Origin: Antedon mediterranea
Taxonomy: Eukaryota; Animalia; Echinodermata
Direction: 5' to 3'
Length of the DNA: 64,000 nt
Assembly (NCBI RefSeq): GCF_964355755.1
Contig: NC_092680.1
Location: 806,001 to 870,000 of the forward strand
Of the stretch, positions 37,601 to 45,629 are shown one piece after another. The notes under the pieces are model-generated. The model saw nothing but the letters and a program-made list of their open reading frames with translations. It did no database searches and had not been told where the DNA came from. Numbering within the stretch: the stretch's first letter is position 1; each line of letters starts with the position of its first letter. The translations under genes were made by a program, and so were the position numbers.

Positions 37601-39753
37601 TAGCTTAGTATATGATGAAAGAAGTGTATTATTATTGAACTTTAATTTAAAACACACCTAATTGTTTACTTGGCACCTAATTCTACACTTGGTTTCTCTT
37701 CAATTTTTTCCTTTTTATTTGTAGACTAACCAAGAAATATTGATTAAATCACAACTAGAACCTCTATGAAAACAAATTTACTGAAATTTCTGGCTTTTTT
37801 TAGGGGTGAAAACTAGAAATGTTCAAGTTTACAATACCAACATTCATTCATTCATTCATAATAACATTTATTTCTTATCATTTCAAAGTAAACAAATTAA
37901 CAATTTAAATATAAATAATTAAGAGGCAACACCCAGAAAGTAATAACATTTGGAGGTTTCCCTCCAAAAAAACTTGTGACGGGTAGCCAGTTAAGAAATT
38001 GTAATCATATTGGAGTTTAAACAAACAGAAACAAAACAAGACAAACAAACATGTAAAGCAATACAACGACAAATTAATAATAATAAAATACTATGGAAGC
38101 ACAGAAAACCCAGAATAAACATGTTGTTTTATTATTATTAGTTATTTATGGAGTAGAATTTGTTTAAGTTTAAAAGAAAATGTATTTTTTGAAGGTGACA
38201 ATTTAATTTCGTCGGGGAGATCATTAAATAATTTGGTGCCACTATAATGGATATTATGTTGCATTAATGTTAATTTGGTAAGGGGAGGGTGGAGATTACA
38301 GGAGGATCTAGTTTTATGGGTATGAATGCTATTATTTTTTATAAAGTTGCAAGAAAGTTTGGTTGGAAGTACTGTAGACAGTTGACATGTTCATAGACAA
38401 CACTGAGAATTGAAAAATAATTAATAAGAATCTGAAGGATGTGTTAGTAATAACAAAACACTTTGGAAGTCCAGGTAGGAGTTCATACCTTAAATTCACC
38501 ATTATCATCCTTCATGAAAGACACTAGAAACACATCTACAGGCCCCATAATGACGGTAAGTAAACTCACAGACAGGCCTAGAATAGCTGTCAAGAATAAA
38601 TGTATCATATTATTTGCATACATGACGCATACACAGAACAGGTTTGCAGAACACCATGAAATACCATATACAGCTAGATTTTGTTGGTACAGTAGGTCTC
38701 CCTTTTTTGGTTGGCAGGGGGGAGGGGGGGGGGGGAGTTGTGTGGAGGAGAAGTTTGTGTTTAGATGATATTATTTTTGTTTATTTACCAGTAAGTGTTG
38801 AGCTGCATTCACTGTGACGTTTGTATCTGTAGTATAGAACATACCATGTTGAAAACAGAAATGTTAACTATAAAAGAAAAACAAAATAATACAGTCAAAA
38901 TTAAGCTAACTTGAACGGGCATGGTCCAACCACCCTCTTAAATTTGCGCCATATTCAAGAGTTGATGTAATTATCAAGAGGGGCTTATAGGCATAGCCTA
39001 GCCTCCACTCCGGACACAGCATTGCTGAGCTCCGGATACAAGTAAACAAGAAAGTAAACAAGTAAACTACAAAAAAAAATACAATTTTAATAATTCTTTG
39101 ATTTTGAGCCTACCTGCCGCTTTTAAAGGAGGCCCCTAGAGCTAGGCATATACTAATATAGGAGTAGTAGTAGCTGGCTAGCTAGGCCTACCCTAAATCA
39201 GCTGGACTCGATAAATTGGATTAATTAATAAAATGGGGTTATTGATTAGTCTGCCCTACTATACTAACTTAAACTAGGCCTAGTCTAAGCCTACATTATT
39301 ATTATGCTAGGCCTAGCTAGTTAGGCCTACTAATACGAGGCCTAGCTAGGCTAGGCTAGGCTGAGGCCTACTAGGCCTAGGCTAGGCTACTACTACGGGG
39401 GTCTAGCTAGGCCTACCTAGCCTAGTAGGGCATAGGCTAGGCCTATATACTATATAGGCCTCCTAGGCTAGAGTATATAGGCTAGACTACTACTAGCCTA
39501 GACCTACTAGCTAGCCCTATCTAGGGCCAGGCTTAGGCCTACTATTAGGCTAGGCTAGGCCTAGTTACTAATACTAGGTAGGCCTAAACTAAATAGGCCC
39601 TATACGCTAGCATGTTTAGCCATGTTTCGTCCTAGTAAAGATATATCGGTTCAAATAATAAGAAGAAATTAGTTTTTTATAATAATTTACCACAAATGCA
39701 ACAGCAAAGGCAATCCAACTTCCAACTTGCATCGACACTGGGAAAGTAGCCAT
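28663..39753 (-). CDS. LMBRD1: Lysosomal cobalamin transport escort protein LMBD1. Exons (5'->3'): 39753-39691, 38867-38789, 38586-38489, 37585-37522, 35385-35291, 35047-34980, 34657-34566, 34418-34345, 34196-34071, 32314-32094, 31778-31676, 31358-31254, 30127-29984, 29775-29730, 29276-29176, 28779-28663
   Basis: 16 phase-consistent GT-AG exons. Motifs recalled from vertebrate LMBD1: PVDVFLVSFMK, IPFVYFYYEE, FPLDYI, RTKPQALLFLCMIL, WFFGVFYYWANWAFL, and an acidic tail SIEGEVDSDDTDDSDDDELLQV. Confidence 0.95.
29575..29696. mobile_element. MITE family A
   Basis: Both TIRs, TSD TAA/TAA. Confidence 0.85.
30590..31172 (+). mobile_element. 5'-truncated CR1-group (L2/Crack-like) LINE: ORF2 C-terminus and 3' UTR
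   Basis: HKYNTRG...SIAVSGPHVWNNL...KSINVFKK motif, 3' AATAAA and an (ATGAA)n tail. Confidence 0.75.
32395..33413. repeat. 35-36-bp minisatellite, about 28 copies (LMBRD1 intron 9)
   Basis: CTGCAGTTAAATAACACATTGGACACACCAAGAATT. Confidence 0.95.
33505..33990. repeat. 69-bp minisatellite, 7 copies (LMBRD1 intron 9)
   Basis: ...CCCTTTGTTTGTTTCACAGGTAAGTATCTCCTTAAACAG... Confidence 0.95.
35128..35252. mobile_element. MITE family A, partial
   Basis: Left TIR plus core. Confidence 0.75.
35655..37408. repeat. Satellite with units of about 15-18 bp, about 1.75 kb (LMBRD1 intron 4)
   Basis: CTGAATAAGGGGTGTCC / CTGAATAGAGGTTTCC variants. Confidence 0.95.
37841..38400 (-). mobile_element. 5'-truncated CR1-group LINE relic
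   Basis: Minus strand reads IHTHKTRSSCNLHPP...IHYSGTKLFNDLPDEIK...; (ATGA)n tail at 37841-37860. Confidence 0.7.
39170..39612. repeat. TAGGCCTA/CTAG low-complexity tract (LMBRD1 intron 1)
   Basis: Dense shuffled TAGGCCTA, CTAG and TACTAC words. Confidence 0.85.
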
Positions 39754-39768
39754 TTTATTTTTGTTTTG

Positions 39769-39840
39769 GTCACATGCGCCCTCAACAAATCACGAGACTT
39801 CATTAGATAAAAAGTCCCAGCAGACGTGACTTGGTCAGCT
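39769..39840 (-). promoter_or_regulatory. LMBRD1 proximal promoter with CLEAR/E-box-like motifs
   Basis: GTCACATG (39769), TCACGAGAC (39790) and ACGTGAC (39824) just upstream of the ATG. Confidence 0.5.
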
Positions 39841-39940
39841 AAAGGTCGTGTTTCCGAAAGTTAGCAACAATAAAAAAAAACTATATTTTTCAATTTGCAA
39901 GAATAATAAGAAACTATATTTTCTTTAAAAAAGACAAATT

Positions 39941-40021
39941 CGCTGCGAGCAGGGTTCGAACCTGCGCTGTAAGATCGCATGGATCTCAGGTCAAACGCCT
40001 TAACCACTCGCCCATCACAGC
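39941..40021 (-). pseudogene. Degenerate tRNA-Ser(TGA)
   Basis: Multiple anticodon-arm and variable-arm changes; B box retained. Confidence 0.8.
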
Positions 40022-40107
40022 TTATGTGAAATAGAAAAAGTTTACAAAATTCGCAACAATAAAAAGAAAATATATTTTCTAAAATAAGAAAGGAAGACAA
40101 AACGTTT

Positions 40108-40189
40108 CGCTGCGAGCAGGGTTCGAACCTGCGCGGGAAGATCCCATTGGATTTCGAGTCCAACGCCTTAACCACTCGGCCATCACAGC
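40108..40189 (-). tRNA. tRNA-Ser(CGA)
   Basis: Intact. Confidence 0.93.
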
Positions 40190-40271
40190 TTATGTGAAAT
40201 AAATATCTTTTACAAAATTCACAAGAAAAAGAAATATATTTTCTAAAATAAGAAAGGAAGACAAAATAATT

Positions 40272-40350
40272 CGCTGCGAGGGTTCGAACCGGCGCGGGAA
40301 GATCCCATTGGATTTCAAGTCCAACGCCTTAACCACTCGGCCATCACAGC
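40272..40350 (-). pseudogene. tRNA-Ser(TGA) with 3-nt T-stem deletion
   Basis: Missing CTG in the T stem. Confidence 0.8.
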
Positions 40351-40436
40351 TTATATGAAATAAATATCTTTTACAAAATTCGCAACAATAAAAAGAAAAT
40401 ATATTTTCTAAAATAAGAAAGGAAGACAAAACGTTT

Positions 40437-40518
40437 CGCTGCGAGCAGGGTTCGAACCTGCGCGGGAAGATCCCATTGGATTTCAAGTCCAACGCCTTAA
40501 CCACTCGGCCATCACAAC
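40437..40518 (-). tRNA. tRNA-Ser(TGA)
   Basis: C2T change gives a G:U pair in the acceptor stem. Confidence 0.88.
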
Positions 40519-40604
40519 TTATGTGAAATAAATATCTTTTACAAAATTCACAACAATAAAAAGAAAATATATTTTCTAAAATAAGAAAGGAAGACAAAAT
40601 AACT

Positions 40605-40686
40605 CGCTGTGAGCAGGGTTCGAACCTGCGCGGGAAGTTCCCATTGGATTTCAAGTCCAACGCCTTAACCACTCGGCCATCACAGT
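40605..40686 (-). tRNA. tRNA-Ser(TGA), G1A variant
   Basis: First-pair mismatch. Confidence 0.75.
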
Positions 40687-40772
40687 TTATGTGAAATAAA
40701 TACCTTTTACAAAATTCACAACAATAAAAAGAAAATATATTTTCTAAAATAAGAAAGGAAGACAAAATAATT

Positions 40773-40854
40773 CGCTGCGAGCAGGGTTCGAACCTGCGCG
40801 GGAAGATCCCATTGGATTTCAAGTCCAACGCCTTAACCACTCGGCCATCACAGC
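40773..40854 (-). tRNA. tRNA-Ser(TGA)
   Basis: Intact. Confidence 0.93.
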
Positions 40855-40940
40855 TTATGTGAAATAAATATCTTTTACAAAATTCACAACAATAAAAAGA
40901 AAATATATTTTCTAAAATAAGAAAGGAAGACAAAATAATT

Positions 40941-41022
40941 CACTCCGAGCAGGGTTCGAACCTGCGCGGGAAGATCCCATTGGATTTCAAGTCCAACGCC
41001 TTAACCACTCGGCCATCACAGC
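40941..41022 (-). tRNA. tRNA-Ser(TGA), acceptor-stem mutated
   Basis: 3' end TCGGAGTG. Confidence 0.7.
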
Positions 41023-41108
41023 TTATGTGAAATAGAAAAAATTTACAAAATTCGTAACAATAAAAAGAAAATATATTGTCTAAAATAAGAAAGGAAGACA
41101 AAACGTTT

Positions 41109-41190
41109 CGCTGTGAGCAGGGTTCGAACCTGCGCGGGAAGACCCCATTGGATTTCAAGTCCAACGCCTTAACCACTCAGCTATCATAGC
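41109..41190 (-). tRNA. tRNA-Ser(TGA), 5'-strand mutated
   Basis: 5' GCTATGATAGCTGAG; possibly a pseudogene. Confidence 0.65.
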
Positions 41191-41273
41191 TTATGAGAAA
41201 TACACACATTTTAAAAAATTCGGTACAATAAAAAGACACAATATTTCTAAAATAAGAAAGGGACAAAATAATT

Positions 41274-41355
41274 CGCTGCGAGCAGGGTTCGAACCTGCGC
41301 GGGAAGATCCCATTGGATTTCAAGTCCAACGCCTTAACCACTCGGCCATCACAGC
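41274..41355 (-). tRNA. tRNA-Ser(TGA)
   Basis: Intact. Confidence 0.93.
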
Positions 41356-41441
41356 TTATATCAAATAAATATCTTTTACAAAATTCGCAACAATAAAAAG
41401 AAAATATATTTTCTAAAATAAGAAAGGAAGACAAAACGTTT

Positions 41442-41523
41442 CGCTGCGAGCAGGGTTCGAATCTGCGCGGGAAGATCCCATTGGATTTCAAGTCCAACGC
41501 CTTAACCACTCGGCCATCACAGC
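41442..41523 (-). tRNA. tRNA-Ser(TGA), B-box G53A variant
   Basis: CAGATTCGAACCC. Confidence 0.7.
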
Positions 41524-41609
41524 GTATGTGAAATAGAAAAAGTTTACAAAATTCGCAACAATAAAAGGAAAATATACTTTCTAAAATAAGAAAGAAAGAC
41601 GAAACGTTT

Positions 41610-41691
41610 CGCTGCGAGCAGGGTTCGAACCTGCGCGGGAAGATCCCATTGGATTTCAAGTCCAACGCCTTAACCACTCGGCCATCACAGC
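41610..41691 (-). tRNA. tRNA-Ser(TGA)
   Basis: Intact. Confidence 0.93.
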
Positions 41692-41777
41692 GTATGTGAA
41701 ATAGAAAAAGTTTACAAAATTCGCAACAATAAAAGGAAAATATACTTTCTAAAATAAGAAAGGAAGACGAAACGTTT

Positions 41778-41859
41778 CGCTGCGAGCAGGGTTCGAACCT
41801 GCGCGGGAAGATCCCATTGGATTTCAAGTCCAACGCCTTAACCACTCGGCCATCACAGC
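41778..41859 (-). tRNA. tRNA-Ser(TGA)
   Basis: Intact. Confidence 0.93.
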
Positions 41860-41945
41860 TTATGTGAAATAAATATCTTTTACAAAATTCGAAACAATAA
41901 AAAGAATATATATTTTCTAAAATAAGAAAGGAAGACACAATAATT

Positions 41946-42027
41946 CGCTGTAAACAGGGTTCGAACCTGCGAGGGAAGATCCCATTGGATTTCAAGTCCA
42001 ACGCCTTAACCACTCGGCCATCACAGC
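41946..42027 (-). tRNA. tRNA-Ser(TGA), several stem substitutions
   Basis: 3' end CCTGTTTACAGCG. Confidence 0.7.
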
Positions 42028-42113
42028 TTATGTGAAATAGAAAAAGTTGACAAAATTCGCAACAATAAAAAGAAAATATATTTTCTAAAATAAGAAAGGA
42101 AGACAAAACATTT

Positions 42114-42195
42114 CGCTGCGAGCAGGGTTCGAACCTGCGCGGGAAGATCCCATTGGATTTCGAGTCCAACGCCTTAACCACTCGGCCATCACAGC
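42114..42195 (-). tRNA. tRNA-Ser(CGA)
   Basis: Intact. Confidence 0.93.
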
Positions 42196-42281
42196 TTATG
42201 TGAAATAAATATCTTTTACAAAATTCACAACAATAAAAAGAAAATATATTTTCTAAAATAAGAAAGGAAGACAAAATAATT

Positions 42282-42363
42282 CGCTGCGAGCAGGGTTCGA
42301 ACCTGCGCGGGAAGATCCCATTGGATTTCAAGTCCAACGCCTTAACCACTCGGCCATCACAGC
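42282..42363 (-). tRNA. tRNA-Ser(TGA)
   Basis: Intact. Confidence 0.93.
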
Positions 42364-42449
42364 TTATATGAAATAAATATCTTTTACAAAATTCGCAACA
42401 ATAAAAAGAAAATATATTTTCTAAAATAAGAAAGGAAGACAAAACGTTT

Positions 42450-42531
42450 CGCTGTGAGCAGGGTTCGAACCTGCGCGGGAAGATCCCATTGGATTTCAAG
42501 TCCAACGCCTTAACCACTCGGCCATCACAGC
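42450..42531 (-). tRNA. tRNA-Ser(TGA)
   Basis: Intact. Confidence 0.93.
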
Positions 42532-42614
42532 TTATGAGAAATACACACATTTAAAAAAATTCGGTACAATAAAAAGACACAATATTTCTAAAATAAGAAA
42601 GGGACAAAATAATT

Positions 42615-42696
42615 CGCTGCGAGCAGGGTTCGAACCTGCGCGGGAAGATCCCATTGGATTTCAAGTCCAACGCCTTAACCACTCGGCCATCACAGC
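42615..42696 (-). tRNA. tRNA-Ser(TGA)
   Basis: Intact. Confidence 0.93.
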
Positions 42697-42782
42697 GTAT
42701 GTGAAATAGAAAAAGTTTACAAAATTCGCAACAATAAAAGGAAAATATACTTTCTAAAATAAAAAAAGAAGACGAAACGTTT

Positions 42783-42864
42783 CGCTGCGAGCAGGGTTCG
42801 AACCTGCGCGGGAAGATCCCATTGAATTTCAAGTCCGACGCCTTAACCACTCGGCCATCACAGC
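42783..42864 (-). tRNA. tRNA-Ser(TGA), anticodon stem doubly mutated
   Basis: TCGGA/TTCAA stem. Confidence 0.65.
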
Positions 42865-42947
42865 TTATGTGAAATAGATATCTATTACAAAATTCACAAT
42901 AAAAAGAAAATATATTTTCTAAAATAAGAAAGGTAGACAAAATAATT

Positions 42948-43029
42948 CGCTGCAAGCAGGGTTCGAACCTGCGCGGGAAGATCCAATTGGATTTCAAGTC
43001 CAACGCCTTAACCACTCGGCCATCACAGC
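42948..43029 (-). tRNA. tRNA-Ser(TGA)
   Basis: Minor substitutions. Confidence 0.82.
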
Positions 43030-43112
43030 GTATGTGAAATAGAAAACATTAAAAAAATTCGGTACAATAAAAAGACACAATATTTCTAAAATAAGAAAGG
43101 GACAAAACAATT

Positions 43113-43194
43113 CGCTGCGAGCAGGGTTCGAACCTGCGCGGGAAGATCCCATTGGATTTCAAGTCCAACGCCTTAACCACTCGGCCATCCCAGC
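43113..43194 (-). tRNA. tRNA-Ser(TGA), acceptor mismatch
   Basis: 5' GCTGGGA. Confidence 0.78.
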
Positions 43195-43277
43195 TTATGT
43201 GAAATAGAAAAAATTTACAAAATTCGGTACAATAAAAAGACACAATATTTCTAAAATAAGAAAGGGACAAAACAATT

Positions 43278-43359
43278 CGCTGCGAGCAAGGTTCGAACCT
43301 GCGCGGGAAGATCCCATTGGATTTCAAGTCCAACGCCTTAACCACTCGGCCATCACAGG
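43278..43359 (-). tRNA. tRNA-Ser(TGA), G1C variant
   Basis: First-pair mismatch and a T-stem change. Confidence 0.7.
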
Positions 43360-43443
43360 TTATGTGAAATACATAAATTATACAAAATTTTAAAAAATAA
43401 AAAGAAAATATATTTTCTTTAAAAAAGGAATGACAAAAGAGTC

Positions 43444-43525
43444 CGCTCCGAGCAAGGTGCGAACCTGCGCGGGAAGATCCCATTGGATTTCGAGTCCAAC
43501 GACTTAACCACTCGGCCATCAAAGC
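43444..43525 (-). pseudogene. Degenerate tRNA-Ser(CGA)
   Basis: B box GGTTCGCACC plus D-stem and acceptor changes. Confidence 0.75.
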
Positions 43526-43610
43526 TTATCTGAAATAGATACATTTTACAAAGTTCGCAAGAATAAATAGAAATAAATTTTCTAAAATAAGAAAGGAAGA
43601 CAAAATAATT

Positions 43611-43692
43611 CGCTGCGAGCAGGGTTCGAACCTGCGCGGGAAGATCCCATTGGATTTCGAGTCCAACGACTTAACCACTCGGCCATCAAAGC
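43611..43692 (-). tRNA. tRNA-Ser(CGA), D-stem/acceptor variant
   Basis: GCTTTGA 5' end and AAGTCG. Confidence 0.7.
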
Positions 43693-43777
43693 TTATCTGA
43701 AATAGATACATTTTACAAAATTCGCAAGAATAAATAGAAATAAATTTTCTAAAATAAGAAAGGAAGACAAAACGTCT

Positions 43778-43859
43778 CGCTGCGAGCAGGGTTCGAACCT
43801 GCGCGGGAAGATCCCATTGGATTTCGAGTCCAACGCCTTAACCACTCGGCCATCACAGC
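43778..43859 (-). tRNA. tRNA-Ser(CGA)
   Basis: Intact. Confidence 0.93.
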
Positions 43860-43943
43860 TTATGTGAAATACATAAATTATACAAAATTGTCAAAAACAA
43901 AAAAAAAATATATTGTCTGAAATAAGAAAGGGACAAAACAAGT

Positions 43944-44020
43944 CGCTGCGAGCAGGGACCTGCGCGGGAAGATCCCATTGGATTTCAAGTCCAACGCCTT
44001 AACCACTCGGCCATCACAGC
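43944..44020 (-). pseudogene. tRNA-Ser(TGA) with T-loop deletion
   Basis: 5-nt deletion destroys the B box. Confidence 0.82.
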
Positions 44021-44415
44021 TTATGTGAAACACATAGATTATACAAAGTTCACAATATAAAAATCCATTTTATGTGCGATAACGGTTCGGACCTGAGCGG
44101 GGTCACAATAAAACTGCATTTTGAATCATAACGCATACCTGCGCGGAAATACTGTACTTTTAATGTTTTATACAAAATTAAAAATTGTTTTTGTTATTTG
44201 AATATTGCGTATGTTGCTGTGTATTTCATGTCCCCGGAGGTTTATACAGCCAAAGTGTGTCTGCTATCGCAATCATAGAACATTAATATTAACACAATAC
44301 ATTGTCTCTCTATGTACAAACTTTACTTACAGAATTTCAAGCTTCGACGATCTAAACTCCTAAGAATCACAAGATGTGCCTTGAGGGAGCTTTTGAATTT
44401 GCGAGGGTGCTATAC

Positions 44416-44744
44416 CAAGGCAACCTAACAACAGGATGCTGAGCTCCGAAGATCAAATGATTTATCTGTGGCTGCGACACCGCGCGCGTACATAGTACAG
44501 TACTGTTGGTATTTGTTGCAGCCAAGATCAAATGATTTATCTGTGGCTGCGACACCGCGCGCGTACATAGTACAGTACTGTTGGTATTTGTCGCAGCCAA
44601 GATCAAATGATTTATCTGTGGCTGCGACACCGCGCGCGTACATAGTACAGTACTGTTGATATTTGTCGCAGCCAAGATCAAAGCAATGTTACGAGTTCCT
44701 ATCTTTGTAAGGTGAGCTCTGTGTCCTGTTGTTAGACTCCCTTG
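44416..44744. mobile_element. Family C element with internal 75-bp triplication
   Basis: Same termini as 53418-53550; three 75-bp units at 44449-44681. Confidence 0.65.
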
Positions 44745-44958
44745 CTTAATGTAGGTAAAATACACATTTATTGTATCATCAATAATTGAATTTTTCACCA
44801 TTACTTTAATAACTTTGATGTTTTTTTACAGTTTAAATTACTGTATATACAAATAATGGATAAGAGGTCTAATGTATATTGTACAACAATAAATAATTAT
44901 AAATTCATTTAAAATAACATCAAATTTAAATAAACTAAAACCTATTTTTTTTCTCTTA

Positions 44959-45066
44959 AGCTCTGTCTACACTATCAAAATAGTTCGAAAAAAATGTGTG
45001 TGATGTGTCCAAATATTGTAGTCATATGCCCAAATAAAGTAGTGATATAACATCATCATGTCCATA
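44959..45066. mobile_element. MITE family A, partial
   Basis: Left TIR plus core. Confidence 0.75.
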
Positions 45067-45629
45067 CAGGGGGTATATGGAAATGAAGGTATTCCTTTAA
45101 TTTAACAGAGGAATTTTTGTGGTTTGAATGTCGTGAATATGTGTTAAAAAACAATAACATTGTTATACACTAGGCAAATTATTTATAGTCCTTAATATTG
45201 AAAACCATTTTTTAAAAATACTGCATATAAAATACAAAGTATACTAAAAAAAGCCTATCAATTTTTTCCCCAAAATTTATTCAAAAAGCAGGTAAGATCT
45301 TTTCACAAAAAAGTCTAACAGAAAAGGTAATTTAGAGCTTATTATTATTATATTGAAATCTATTATATTAAAAAACACAACTACATTTTAAAGATATGGA
45401 AATGTTTTCTTTAAATCATGGTTCCAATTCTTTCATTTAATACGCCCTCTTCAATGCTAAATATAACGATTCCATTGTGGGTTATTTTGTGATAAACACA
45501 AGAAATGTACTGTATGTATGTACATTCCATTGTATGGAAATTGTCATTTTTATACCTCCAACTTGACTTCAGGGTTTCATTTGTAGTGTATGGTACTTAT
45601 CACTCATCTCACTGGTGGGATAGAGTAGT

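Larger units (their letters stand above)
39941..44020 (-). repeat. tRNA-Ser tandem array 2: 25 copies, about 164-168-bp unit
   Basis: Same unit as array 1. Degenerate copies at both edges and a faint relic to about 44150. Confidence 0.97.

Noticed and set aside
39861-43711. Series of similar repeat ORFs over array 2
   Set aside because: Same artefact; frames break wherever the spacer length changes.
20539-44020. CRISPR-like repeat-spacer pattern
   Set aside because: The repeats are 82-nt tRNAs, the spacers are near-identical to one another, the context is eukaryotic and there are no cas genes.
20539-44020. tRNA-Sec or stop-suppressor tRNAs in the arrays
   Set aside because: The plus-strand TCA is the complement of a TGA (Ser) anticodon. 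I saw no copy with a TCA, CTA or TTA anticodon.
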